A DNA stretch of 64,000 bases, taken from IMG/VR virus record IMGVR_UViG_3300017734_000001; one strand, 5' to 3'. Positions 26,286-37,034 of this stretch are shown here, in pieces. The notes under the pieces are model-generated. The model ran no database searches. It was not told the origin of the DNA and was given only the letters and a program-made list of their open reading frames with translations. Origin of the DNA: an uncultured virus (IMG/VR IMGVR_UViG_3300017734_000001). Its lineage: Duplodnaviria > Heunggongvirae > Uroviricota > Caudoviricetes > Crassvirales. Numbering within the stretch: position 1 is the first letter of the stretch; each line of letters opens with the position of its first letter. A program made the translations under genes and the position numbers.

Positions 26286-26617
26286 ATTACAAACCAATCA
26301 CAATAAGAGCAAAGTGCAATTACTCAAAAGCACCAGCTAACCAAGAGGTGACTATAGATCCTCAAGGTAAAACGCCTGTCAATATGGCTAAAGTATCTCC
26401 ACTTAAAAAACCTTTGGTTGGCAATCAAGACAGACTACCTCAACATTTACAAGAAAACATTTTAGCTTCACCGGCGAAAGGATATAAATCTGATGCGCAG
26501 CGCAAAGCTGTACATGCTAGCAAAGCTGATGGAGGTAAAGGTGCTCCTAACAAAATGTACAAGTCACCTGCTAAAAAGAAGGGCTGCAAATCACCTGCTA
26601 AAAAACACTGTTATTAA
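26282..26617 (+). CDS. Small basic protein with SPLK/SPAK repeats
   Basis: SPLKK, SPAKG, SPAKKK, SPAKK. Confidence 0.6.
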   Translation: MNYKPITIRAKCNYSKAPANQEVTIDPQGKTPVNMAKVSPLKKPLVGNQDRLPQHLQENILASPAKGYKSDAQRKAVHASKADGGKGAPNKMYKSPAKKKGCKSPAKKHCY

Positions 26618-26955
26618 TGGCTTTTAAAATGAGAAGCGATTTAGCTAGATTAACTGGTACAGAAGAAGATTTAGCTGAAGACCCACAAAATCCAGTTTTT
26701 TTAAAAAAATTAGATCCGGGCATAGCTGCAGAAGCTAATAGAGATGGAACTATTTTTGTAGATCCATCATTGTCACCCGCTCAAATGAAAAAAGCCGTTA
26801 AACATGAAATGGTTCATATAGAGCAAATGAAAAGAGGTGATTTAAATTACGATAATAATAACGTTTACTGGAAAGGAAAAATATATCCTAGGGATAAAAT
26901 GCCTGAAGGATCAAAACAATTGCCTTGGGAAGCCGAGGCTTATAAAAGAACTTAA
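26617..26955 (+). CDS. Small zincin metallopeptidase
   Basis: HEMVH (HExxH) plus downstream PWEAEAY third-ligand motif; starts MAFKM. Confidence 0.7.
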   Translation: MAFKMRSDLARLTGTEEDLAEDPQNPVFLKKLDPGIAAEANRDGTIFVDPSLSPAQMKKAVKHEMVHIEQMKRGDLNYDNNNVYWKGKIYPRDKMPEGSKQLPWEAEAYKRT

Positions 26956-26957
26956 AA

Positions 26958-28545
26958 ATGAAAGCAACACCTATAACACAAAAAGCTAAATTTAACAGAA
27001 ACAGCAGCGGATGCTGTGGTGAGCCTGGATGTGGGCATACTTCATCTCCAGCTAAAGCTAATATGGCTTTAATATATGGAGCAGCTGATGTAGGCGCTTC
27101 AAAATCTTTTGTTGATCCTGGTGAAGCTATGCAACCAGGTTTAGATAAAGCAATGGACAAAATTGGTTCTGGTAGCATAGGTTTTGGCAAAAAAGAAAAA
27201 GAGGGTGATACCGAACTACCAACTGAAGAATAAAAAATACAACTATGAAACTTAGAAACACCCCACTAAAACAAACTACTAATGTGCAAGAAATACCTGG
27301 CTATGACGGTAAAGGTAGAAAAGGTACTATTAATATAACTACAAATCAAACTCCCGGCGGAAAAACCGACTTTAGCTCAGATCCTGTTGAAAAAGCAAAA
27401 CAAAAGAAATGGATTGAAGATAATCCAGAGCTATATAAAGAGCTGATAAACAAAAAGAGACAAGGCACAAGAAGCCAAAAGAAATCATTTGCACCTGATA
27501 CAACAGTAACTGAAGGCAAACCAGGAACTACAGTAGATACTTTTACAGCTCCAAACACCAGGGAGACTATAAGAACTGGTAAAATTACAGCCAACAAAAT
27601 GTCTAACATGGGTAAAAAGCAAGGTAGAATCCAAAACAGAGCTGTAAAATCAGGTTTTGGATCCATGGAAGATGTTCTTGACACAGATGGTAATCCAACA
27701 GGAGAAAAAGAGTTTAAGCTAAAAGAATTAAACCCAGGTGATAAAGGTTATAATAAATATAGAAGATTTAAAGAAAACCTTGCAAAAGTTGAAAGCAAAC
27801 GTAGTAAAGTTGAAGATTTAGACGATACTATTGTAGCTGCTAATAAAGCTGGTGTTAATGCTAGAAACCGAAGTGATTTTGAGTATGGCACTACAAAAAC
27901 AGGTCCAGTTGAAGGTGGTGAAGTTCAGAACGTTCAAATAACTGATGAGCAAAAGCAAAGTGGAGATTTTACTAACTACGATGAAGTTGAAACTTTTGAA
28001 AATCAACCTGTAATGGACGAAGACGATAAAAATCCTAATAATCCACCAATGAAATCTTCCGCGTTTAAGATGAAGTATAATCACTCACCTAGCAAAATGT
28101 ATGCTCAAGCAAAAGAAAAATCATCTGCTCTTAAAATGTGGGGTGCAAGTAAAATAGAAGACGGTAATAAGTTGTTTTTTGACAAGTCTTTATTTAAAGG
28201 ACAAAATAAAGCTACTAGACCGATGACTAACAAAGCTAGCGCTTTTAAAATGAAAGGTTACAACGAGTAATGGCTTACGTACAACACAATTCTCCTTTTA
28301 AGCAAACGAATAAAAGGACAAAAGGCAAAGGTAGACACTTTAGATCAAAAGAAGAGGGTGCTGGAATGACTGAAGCTGGTGTTGATTCATATAGAAGAGA
28401 AAATCCTGGTAGCAACCTACAAACCGCTGTTACCGAAAAAAACCCAAAAGGTAAAAGAGCTAAAAGAAGAAAAGCATTTTGTGCTAGATCAAGAAGTTGG
28501 ACTGGCGAAAGAGGTAGAGCCGCTAGGCGTAGATGGAACTGTTAA
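26958..28545 (+). CDS. Three low-complexity or basic late proteins (26958-27233, 27245-28270, 28270-28545)
   Basis: Contiguous ORFs carrying SPxK/TPLK and AFKMK motifs; the last has RRKAFCARS..RRRWNC. Confidence 0.6.
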
Positions 28546-28556
28546 TATAATTAATT

Positions 28557-29003
28557 ATGTCTACTAAAAAGAAATTTAAAGAAACTGCTGTAGGTAAGTT
28601 ATTACTTGGAGCTGCAAGTGTTGTTAATCCAACTCTAGGTAAATTACTAGAAGGCGTAGTAGATCCAAAGCAAGCTATAGCTGAAATAACAAAGTCTGAT
28701 ATATCTGTTGAAGATAAAATAAAACTGCAGCAGTTGATACACGAAGGTCAACAACAAGAAATGATAGAAATAAGTTCTAGATGGAAAGCTGACCTTGAGC
28801 ATGGAAACTGGTTAACTAGATCAGTTAGACCAATTGTTTTGCTTTTTTTAATATTTACTACTGTACTTATGGTGTTCATAGATTCTGGATCTATAACTTT
28901 TGAAGTTGACGAAAAATGGACAGATTTACTTCAAATCGTTTTAATCACTGTAATAGGTGCTTATTTTGGAGGTCGAAGTATTGAAAAAGTAAGAAAAAAA
29001 TAA
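28557..29003 (+). CDS. Holin-like protein (3TM gene-transfer-agent type)
   Basis: RWKAD..WLTRSVRP, hydrophobic helices, GAYFGGRS.EK. Confidence 0.65.
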   Translation: MSTKKKFKETAVGKLLLGAASVVNPTLGKLLEGVVDPKQAIAEITKSDISVEDKIKLQQLIHEGQQQEMIEISSRWKADLEHGNWLTRSVRPIVLLFLIFTTVLMVFIDSGSITFEVDEKWTDLLQIVLITVIGAYFGGRSIEKVRKK

Positions 29004-29693
29004 ATGGCTAGAATAAGTGTTTATTCCAAAGATACTGTAATTGAAAAACAAGATAAGGTAATAGGTACTGATTTTAGTGGTTCGATAACTAAAAACTACC
29101 CTTTTTCTGGTATCGCTGAGCTTTTCAATAAAGGTATTGTAAATGTTGGCGGTCAATTGGGATATAAATTTAGCGACATACTAGAAGAGCAAGCATTTTC
29201 TGGCCCTGCAGATAACGCTGCTTTTTCTTCTTTAACAACATTAAAGTTTAGCGAAATTGATGGAGCTGAACATAATATAGAAAATTTTATACTAGAATAT
29301 AGAAATAAAAGAATACTGCTTTTTGATAACTTAGATAAAAACAAGTACGGTATATACGATGTTTCTACTATAAGCGAAGATAGTAATAATTTGGATTATT
29401 ATGATTTTAATATTAGCTTTATTTCTGGTAATGGCAATTTAATTTTACATAATTTTTATACGTTGTCCATGTATGGGCAAGATGCTACATATGTGCACCA
29501 TCAAAATAACGCGAGCACAACTTGGACTATCAATCATGGCATGGGTAAATTTCCTAGTGTTAGTATTAAGTTTTCAAGTAGTGATCAAATTTATGAAAAC
29601 GTTGGCGCTTTTGCTGGCGTTGTATATACTGACAAAAATAACTTAACAATTAACCTAGCAGCCGCGGAAAGCGGTTATGCATATTTAAACTAA
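29004..29693 (+). CDS. Putative tail/fibre structural protein
   Basis: MARI N-terminal module; C-terminal HHQ..ASTTWTINH.MG.FPSV..SGYAYLN module. Confidence 0.55.
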   Translation: MARISVYSKDTVIEKQDKVIGTDFSGSITKNYPFSGIAELFNKGIVNVGGQLGYKFSDILEEQAFSGPADNAAFSSLTTLKFSEIDGAEHNIENFILEYRNKRILLFDNLDKNKYGIYDVSTISEDSNNLDYYDFNISFISGNGNLILHNFYTLSMYGQDATYVHHQNNASTTWTINHGMGKFPSVSIKFSSSDQIYENVGAFAGVVYTDKNNLTINLAAAESGYAYLN

Positions 29694-29697
29694 AATT

Positions 29698-31302
29698 ATG
29701 GCAATACCATTTCTTAATCACTTAGATTTACGAAGTGTATCAGAGTTACGAAATGCTATTCTTCATTTAACCACGGAAAGTTCAGCATCAGACGTAGAAG
29801 GTAAAATTATTTACGATACCGGAACAGACACAATAAAGTTTTATAACGGAACCGAATGGATTTCTCTTGGTGGAGACACAGTTAGAGCTGTATCTATAGA
29901 TACTAACGGTGACGGTAGCGCAAACAATACTTTAGAAGCTTCAGAAACACTCGTCCTTAAAAAAGGAACAAACATCTCGTTGTCTGAGGCAGGTGGTGTA
30001 GTAACAATATCATCTACTGATACAGACACTCAGCTTAGCACTGAACAAGTTCAAGACATAGTTGGGGCAATGTTCTCTAGTAATACAGAAACTAGAATAT
30101 CTGTATCTTATGAAGATAGCGATGGAACTATTGATCTTGTTGTCGACGACATGACAGCAGACACCAACACGCAAAGATCTGCAGGTGTTGGTTTAACGTT
30201 AAACGGTAACGCGTTAGATGTAAACGTAGGTGCAACTGGAACGACGCAGGCGCCTGAATCAATAAGCACTACAGCTAATAGATTGTATCAAATTGAAACA
30301 GACGATCAAGATAACCTTGTTGTTAATGTGCCGTGGTCTGACACCGACACAAATACAGATGTTTTACAGGGTAACTCTGCAGCTACTGATAACGACGAAA
30401 AGTTTGTTACTTTTGTTGAAACAGCTACAGGCGCTCAACAAGCAAAAACAGGAGCTGATTTTAAATTCAACCCAGGCTTAAACGGTGGTACATTGTATGT
30501 TCCAAACATAATTGTTTCAGGTGATACAATAACATCTAGTGAAACTGTAAAAATTATAGAAAACAATACTTTACAGTTTGAAGGTGCTGCTGGATCTGGT
30601 ACTGATGATGAATTAAATCTTACAACAGCAACCCTAACAGATGATCATACTCAAACGTTGCAAAATGCCACTGGTACTATTGCTTTAACAAGTGATATTA
30701 CAGGTACCAACTCTGGCACTAACACAGGTGATCAAAACTTATTTAGCACAATAGCCGTATCAGGACAGAGTAATGTTATAGCAGATACAACATCTGACAC
30801 ACTAACACTTGTAGGTGGAAGTAACGTATCAATCTCAACAGCTGCCGGCTCAGATACTATTACAATTGCTTCAACAGATACTAACACTCAGTTGAGTACA
30901 GAACAAGTTCAAGATATCGTAGGTGCTATGTTTGCTGGTAACACAGAGACAAGAATTTCAGCTGATTACCAAGACAGTGATGGTACAATTGACTTAACTG
31001 TCGATGACATGACCACTAACACTAACACTCAATTATCTACTGCAGCTGCTCTTATAGATGTTAGTGTGATGGATGACACTGCTAGTCATAGAACAGCTTC
31101 ATTTTCACACGGTTTATCATCTCAAAACTTAATAGTTCAGATGTACGACACCATAACCGGTCAAGTAGTTCATGCAGACATAGACCACACAAGTACTAGC
31201 GCAATATCAATAACTTTTTCGGCGATTCCAACAAACGACATTAGAGTTGTTGTTATAGACGCTAAAAACGGGTTAACTGATAAAACAGTTTCTTATTCAT
31301 AA
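29698..31302 (+). CDS. Tail fibre-like protein with 48-aa internal repeat
   Basis: Thr/Ser/Asp-rich; repeats at 30013-30156 and 30871-31014. Confidence 0.65.
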   Translation: MAIPFLNHLDLRSVSELRNAILHLTTESSASDVEGKIIYDTGTDTIKFYNGTEWISLGGDTVRAVSIDTNGDGSANNTLEASETLVLKKGTNISLSEAGGVVTISSTDTDTQLSTEQVQDIVGAMFSSNTETRISVSYEDSDGTIDLVVDDMTADTNTQRSAGVGLTLNGNALDVNVGATGTTQAPESISTTANRLYQIETDDQDNLVVNVPWSDTDTNTDVLQGNSAATDNDEKFVTFVETATGAQQAKTGADFKFNPGLNGGTLYVPNIIVSGDTITSSETVKIIENNTLQFEGAAGSGTDDELNLTTATLTDDHTQTLQNATGTIALTSDITGTNSGTNTGDQNLFSTIAVSGQSNVIADTTSDTLTLVGGSNVSISTAAGSDTITIASTDTNTQLSTEQVQDIVGAMFAGNTETRISADYQDSDGTIDLTVDDMTTNTNTQLSTAAALIDVSVMDDTASHRTASFSHGLSSQNLIVQMYDTITGQVVHADIDHTSTSAISITFSAIPTNDIRVVVIDAKNGLTDKTVSYS

Positions 31303-31316
31303 TAATTAAATAAAAT

Positions 31317-34300
31317 ATGGCAATACCATTTCTTAAAGGTATAGACGTAACTGGCACTGTTGATTTAAGTAACTTAACGATCGACGGTGCTCAGGGTACA
31401 GATGGGCAAGTATTAACCTCTACAGGATCAGGTATTGCTTGGGAAGACGCTTCTGGAGGTGCTAGCCTTTCTGGTGGCGCAGCTAATAAACTAGCAATAT
31501 GGAGCGGCACAAGTACTTTAACTAACGACACAAATCTTCACTGGGATACTTCAAATGATAGGTTAGGTATAGGCACTTCAAGTCCGTCCGCTAAATTTCA
31601 TATTAAAGAAACAACTAATTCTACCTCATCAGGATATCTTTTGCAACTACAAAGCGTAAACGGAGGGGGTGACTATTTTAATACATCTGGTTTTCATAGG
31701 GATAGCAGTCAAAACATGCGACTACTCCTTAATAAATCCGCGATGAGCGGAGCGAACACGGTATTAATAAATTCTTCTGGTGATTCATATTTATCTGGTG
31801 GCGATGTTGGTATAGGTACGAGCAGCCCTTCTCAAAAACTTCACGTGAATGGTAATGTAATAGCTGATAGATATTATGGTTATAATGCTACAAATTATTA
31901 CATAGATCCAAATGATGGTACTACTTCAGCTATACTAAACGGAGATGTAAGTATTGGCAGTAGTTCGACTTATACAAAATTATCAGTTACAGCAGACACC
32001 GGAACTGGTGGAGATGGTATATTTATACGATCAGCTTTTGCTGGAGGTTCGCCTATGGTAAGTGATAAGGACCCGTTTTTATCCATTGGGTGTTCGGATG
32101 CTACTGGTTCTGTTTCTACTATTTTTATGGGAGAAGATTCTACCGCTACAAGTCAAGAATCTAAAATAGAATATAGTCATGACAATTCAGCTTTAAGTAT
32201 TCATGTTGCAGGACAGGGGGTTCATAGAGAACACGTTAGATTTGGTCATGTGTCGAGTAGCGCAGCCAGAACTAGATTTTACGGCAACGTTGGTATTGGA
32301 ACAAATCCATCTGCTCCTCTTCATGTGTCTGGATTAGCGAGAGCAACTGATGGTTTTTCGACTGACGGTAACAATAGGTTTTATACTTGGAGAGCGTTAC
32401 AAAATACAAGCTCCAGTAGTAACCAATATTACAGAATAGCTAGAGTTACTGGCAGCCAATCAACAAGATTTATAATTGAATTAGCAGGAAGAAGTACTTC
32501 TTATACTGACGGCGTATTGCCAGCTTTTGGTAAAATTGTTGGGCAATTAAATAATGATAATAATTTCGATATAGTTTATTATAATGCTAGCGCTACAGAT
32601 GAAGTTGTTGATGAAGTAGGACAAGTAGATGTTAATACAGTCCAAACAGACATATATGTTAGAGTTGGGCAGTTTGCTGAATTAACTGCTATAGGCCATA
32701 TTAGTGATGGTACAATGATTACTTACGATTCAAACAGTGGAAGTACATCAGCGCCTACTAACTATGTTCAAGCTACTGAATATAAATTATGGAACACTGG
32801 AAACGATGGATCAGGCTCTGGGTTAGATGCTGACTTACTAGACGGGCAGCATGCTTCTGCTTTTGCGGCTTCATCTCACAATCACGCAGCAGGCGACATA
32901 ACTTCCGGAACATTCAGCACAGCAAGAATACCTAATCTTGCTGCATCTAAAATAACATCAGGAACATTCAGCGCCGCTAGAATAGCCCATAACAGTTTTG
33001 ATATAGGAGACACTACTGCCGAAACAGGTAGATCTGTTCATGAAACTGGTATTTATACTTTTAACAGAAACAATGGTAATTTAGGCACAGGAACAGCTTC
33101 TGCGTATTATTCTGTTCTAGCATTTGGTCAAGGAGCAGGTGGTTCTGTTCAAATTGCAGGTGATTGGACTGGTGGAGGTAATAAATTATATTGGAGAAGT
33201 TTAAGAGACACTACAGACAACTGGTGGGACTGGAAAGAAATATACCACACCAACCACAAGCCAACTTATTCGGAGCTTGGCGCTATGGCTTACAGCAATT
33301 TAACAGGCACACCATCTTCTCTTCCAGCTAATGGAGGAAATTCAGATACTGTAGACAATTTACACGCAGCTTCTTTTCTTAGAAGCGACGCTGCCGACAC
33401 TTTTACAGGTAAACTTTCCGTTGGGTCTACAAGTAGTAGAAGCGCGGGCGTGTATGGTGTATATGACTCTTACAAGACAGGTCATATATGGTCAATAGGA
33501 ACTGGTTATGAAATTCCTAACGATGGATCTAATTTTGGAGACTTATATGGTCTAGCCTACAAGCACACTAATAATACTACCGGCGGCACAATGGGCGGCG
33601 GCCACCAAATGGTTTGGTGTGATAACGGAAGCGCTAGAGGTTCAATGGGCTATAGTGCTGTTTGGCATGCGGAGTCAATGAAAGCCCCGATATTCTATGA
33701 CTCAGATAACACAGCGTATTATACAAATCCTGCTAGTACAAGCGTGATGAACATTGTTACTGCGGATCGTATAAACATGAAGGATAGAGGCGATTTCATT
33801 AGCTTTTATGGTAATGATAATGATGACCACAGTATAACTTCAAGAAATGAAGCTGGTAGTCCTGATGATGATATTAGAATAAATTCATATCACAGTGTTT
33901 TCTTTGACTTAGATTCAAATAATAATAATGACAACGCCAGTACTGGTATTTATGTTGGCCAACACGGAAGCGGAAGCGGTACAATTGGCAGTCAGTGGAC
34001 TTTTAAAACCACAACAGACGGTATAACGATAGCAAGTGGTTCTTTTAGAACGCCGGTTTTTTATGATTCAAATAATACATCATTTTTTGCGCATCTAGAT
34101 AGTACCGCAGACTCTATTAGAGCGGCTGGGGATATCATAGCTTACTATTCTTCTGATAAAAGGTATAAAGAAAATATAAAGCCCATAGAGTCACCAATTG
34201 AAAAAGTAAAAGCAATCAGTGGTGTTACTTTTGAGTGGAACGAAAAATCACATAAAGAAACAGGCAAGAAAGATGTAGGTGTGATTGCGCAAGAGGTAGA

Positions 34301-34448
34301 AGAAGTATTACCAGAAATTGTACAAACCAGAGATAATGGCTATAAAGCTGTAGATTATCAAAAGCTAACAGCTGTACTAATTGAAGCTGTAAAAGACCAG
34401 CAAAAACAGATTGATGAACTTAAATCTATAATCAATGGCAGTTCCTAG
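31317..34448 (+). CDS. Tail fibre with C-terminal intramolecular chaperone (peptidase S74)
   Basis: GIGT..PS repeats, GSGLDADLLDG, SDKRYKENI..GVIAQEVE..VDYQKL..LIEAVK. Confidence 0.88.
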   Translation: MAIPFLKGIDVTGTVDLSNLTIDGAQGTDGQVLTSTGSGIAWEDASGGASLSGGAANKLAIWSGTSTLTNDTNLHWDTSNDRLGIGTSSPSAKFHIKETTNSTSSGYLLQLQSVNGGGDYFNTSGFHRDSSQNMRLLLNKSAMSGANTVLINSSGDSYLSGGDVGIGTSSPSQKLHVNGNVIADRYYGYNATNYYIDPNDGTTSAILNGDVSIGSSSTYTKLSVTADTGTGGDGIFIRSAFAGGSPMVSDKDPFLSIGCSDATGSVSTIFMGEDSTATSQESKIEYSHDNSALSIHVAGQGVHREHVRFGHVSSSAARTRFYGNVGIGTNPSAPLHVSGLARATDGFSTDGNNRFYTWRALQNTSSSSNQYYRIARVTGSQSTRFIIELAGRSTSYTDGVLPAFGKIVGQLNNDNNFDIVYYNASATDEVVDEVGQVDVNTVQTDIYVRVGQFAELTAIGHISDGTMITYDSNSGSTSAPTNYVQATEYKLWNTGNDGSGSGLDADLLDGQHASAFAASSHNHAAGDITSGTFSTARIPNLAASKITSGTFSAARIAHNSFDIGDTTAETGRSVHETGIYTFNRNNGNLGTGTASAYYSVLAFGQGAGGSVQIAGDWTGGGNKLYWRSLRDTTDNWWDWKEIYHTNHKPTYSELGAMAYSNLTGTPSSLPANGGNSDTVDNLHAASFLRSDAADTFTGKLSVGSTSSRSAGVYGVYDSYKTGHIWSIGTGYEIPNDGSNFGDLYGLAYKHTNNTTGGTMGGGHQMVWCDNGSARGSMGYSAVWHAESMKAPIFYDSDNTAYYTNPASTSVMNIVTADRINMKDRGDFISFYGNDNDDHSITSRNEAGSPDDDIRINSYHSVFFDLDSNNNNDNASTGIYVGQHGSGSGTIGSQWTFKTTTDGITIASGSFRTPVFYDSNNTSFFAHLDSTADSIRAAGDIIAYYSSDKRYKENIKPIESPIEKVKAISGVTFEWNEKSHKETGKKDVGVIAQEVEEVLPEIVQTRDNGYKAVDYQKLTAVLIEAVKDQQKQIDELKSIINGSS

Positions 34449-35319
34449 TTCTGGCCCTATTTCTTTATATGGTATTGCTAAAGAAATACACTTAGATAAC
34501 TACAATAATACAATACCAAATCCAAACCAATCAGGTACTAACTGGGACACGTTTAACTATCCTCAACCAATTAGTTTAAAAAACATGAGCACAGGCGCAG
34601 GTGGATTTGACGCTATTAACTCCGCATCATCATCTAAGCCAAACGGGGCTACTCCTCATAGTATGTCTGAGTTTCACGGATATGATCATGATGCTAGCTC
34701 TTTGACACTGCTTCAGACAATAACCGGTCAGCAACACTCAACACAAACAACCGCATCAACTCAATACTCAATAGGGGTTAGCGCTTTTAAAGGTAAAACG
34801 GTTAGAGCTGTATTTCATTACGTTTCAGGATCAAACTACACGGGTGATGTTCAGTTAGATATGATATCTATGCCGTGGTATGGAAGTTTTTTTGGAAGCC
34901 CCACCCAATGGCAAACAATGTCTACTGGTTTTGGCGGCAGTACGTTTAGCGCTTTACAATTAAACCCAGATTTTACTTCAAATGGAAACTGGGAGACTAA
35001 TACAAGTGACTCAAGTAGTTACGCAGCAACAACGTTTGGTAGTATTGGCACTAGCACTTCTGCTTACGGAAGATGGGTCGGGAGAAGCAACGGAACTCCT
35101 TCTGGAGGCACTGGTTTAACATCAAGCCCTTTTAATGGCATGCATGTATATGCTGAAACTAGTTCGCAAGGTGGTGGTTATCCAAGTAAAAACTTTTGGC
35201 TAAGAAGTCCTGAGTGGGATCATATTGACAATGAAGTCGGTACTCCTTCTTTTACTTTTTATTATGGAGCATATGGTAATACTATTGGAACTATGAGAGT
35301 TTATTTTTTAGAAGTTTAG
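34435..35319 (+). CDS. Putative receptor-binding/tail-tip protein with MAM-like domain
   Basis: MAVPSSGPISL N-terminus; GTPSGGTG, VYAETS, LRSP, FYYGAYG..IGTMRVY. Confidence 0.6.
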   Translation: MAVPSSGPISLYGIAKEIHLDNYNNTIPNPNQSGTNWDTFNYPQPISLKNMSTGAGGFDAINSASSSKPNGATPHSMSEFHGYDHDASSLTLLQTITGQQHSTQTTASTQYSIGVSAFKGKTVRAVFHYVSGSNYTGDVQLDMISMPWYGSFFGSPTQWQTMSTGFGGSTFSALQLNPDFTSNGNWETNTSDSSSYAATTFGSIGTSTSAYGRWVGRSNGTPSGGTGLTSSPFNGMHVYAETSSQGGGYPSKNFWLRSPEWDHIDNEVGTPSFTFYYGAYGNTIGTMRVYFLEV

Positions 35320-35343
35320 ATAATTATTAAAACAAGTGATTAT
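35315..35343 (+). promoter_or_regulatory. Class II promoter-like motif
   Basis: TTTA-N17-GTGATTAT. Confidence 0.6.
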
Positions 35344-35375
35344 TTAACATATATATAACCAATAAATTATAAATT

Positions 35376-36212
35376 ATGAATATGAGTTACGAGTGGGCGA
35401 TTACGGCTATGAAAAAAGCACCCACGTTAGACGGATTGTCAAATGTAATCACACACATTAATTTTAAATATACAGGAACAGACGCTGATTCAGGTCATGT
35501 AGCTATATTTAATGGCGCTTGTCCATTAGAAACCCCGGAGGAAGGTGCTGAGTTTATAGAACTAGCAGATCTTGCTGAAGCTAAAGTTATTGAATGGGCA
35601 AAAGCAGCGCATCCAACAAACCACATGAATCAAGTCATTGCAGAAGAAATTAATAGCAGAATAACACCAACGAATGTAGAGGTGACTGGAGAAGAATTAT
35701 CTTTTCTTGCGCCGCCCGCAGAAAGTGAAGAATAAATAACTATTAACCACAATTAAATTAAATTATTATGTCAAAAATTAAAAAGAAAGAGCTACAAGCT
35801 CTTCAAGAAGTAGTAAATAGAATACAATCAATACAATCTCAGTTAGGTTTATACGAAATAGAAAAACACGCTTTGTTGCATGAAATGGTTACAGCTAGAC
35901 AACAAGTTCAAGCGCAACAAGCCGATTTAGAAGAAAAATATGGTAAAGTTTCTATTGATGTAAAAACTGGTGAGTATAAAGAAATAGAGGAAGATGAAAC
36001 TAATAAGGAAGATTAGTATAGGCAGAGACTATAAAAATGAAGCTATGCACTATGCTGTTGGGCAAGAAGTTTACGGTGGGCACTCTATACATCAAATAGT
36101 TGAAGAAGAAAAAAAGTATTCTGTATACATAGAAAAAAATAACGAGGTTTTACCTTGGAAAGATTTTAATAAAAATATGGCAATAGCCGTAGAATATAAT
36201 TTAGAATATTAA
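35376..36212 (+). CDS. Three small genes (35376-35735, 35768-36016 coiled coil, 35994-36212); fibre-assembly candidates
   Basis: Position after the fibre genes; tight packing. Confidence 0.5.
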
Positions 36213-36808
36213 TGCGTAGTCCTTTTAACTTTATAGTAAAGCCAAAAGAAAAAAGGAGCACGTCTACTAAAAAAATAAAAGATAAAGAGCTTATATTAAA
36301 CACAGAGCTACAAAATCATTTATATGTAAGTAGACACGGTATTGTTTTAGAAACTCCTGTGTTAGAAAAAACTAACGTTAAAAAAGGAGATGAAGTAATA
36401 ATACATCATAATGTTTTTAGAAGGTTTTATGATGTTAAGGGTAATGAGAAAAACAGTAAAAGTTTTTTTGATGAAGAAGTTTTTTTTGCTAGCCCTGATC
36501 AAATATTTTTATACAAAAGAAACAAAGACTGGAAACCTGTAAAAGGTTATTGTTTTGTAAAACCTATAAAAAATGATGATATTTTTTCTGATAGCAAAGA
36601 AAAACCTTTAGTTGGTATAATGAAATACCCCGATGAAGAGTTAATTAAAAACGGAATAAAGTCTGGTTTTAAAGTAGGTTTTAAACCTAGATCAGAATAT
36701 GAGTTTATTGTTAACGGTGAAAAACTTTATAGGGTTAAATCTAATTTAATAACAATAAAATATGAACATAAAGGAAACGAAGTCGAGTATAATCCAAGCT
36801 GGCTATAG
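36212..36808 (+). CDS. Protein with two tandem GroES-like domains (tentative)
   Basis: FIVKP..GIV..VKKGDEV and PVKGYCFVKP..GIM..IKSGFKVGF..YEFIVNGEKLYRV. Confidence 0.5.
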   Translation: MRSPFNFIVKPKEKRSTSTKKIKDKELILNTELQNHLYVSRHGIVLETPVLEKTNVKKGDEVIIHHNVFRRFYDVKGNEKNSKSFFDEEVFFASPDQIFLYKRNKDWKPVKGYCFVKPIKNDDIFSDSKEKPLVGIMKYPDEELIKNGIKSGFKVGFKPRSEYEFIVNGEKLYRVKSNLITIKYEHKGNEVEYNPSWL

Positions 36809-37034
36809 AGCTGTTGAAGAATTAATAAAAGTAGCTAAAGAACCTATAGTTGAAACTGAAGATGATGTTTCTGCTGATAGATTAAAAAATGCTGCAGCAA
36901 CAAAAAAGTTAGCTATATTTGATGCTTTTGAAATACTAAACAGGATTCAAGAAGAAAAATCTTTGCTAGAAAACAAACCTATAGAAAAGAAAACTGAAGC
37001 TTTTAAAGGTTTTGCAGAAAGAAGAAGCAAATAA
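36762..37034 (+). CDS. Terminase small subunit candidate
   Basis: Helical 90-aa protein whose stop overlaps the terminase large subunit start. Confidence 0.45.
   Translation: MNIKETKSSIIQAGYRAVEELIKVAKEPIVETEDDVSADRLKNAAATKKLAIFDAFEILNRIQEEKSLLENKPIEKKTEAFKGFAERRSK

Noticed and set aside
29698..35319. Diversity-generating retroelement or invertible fibre cassette
   Set aside because: No reverse transcriptase or recombinase; the internal repeat differs at all four bases, not only adenines.
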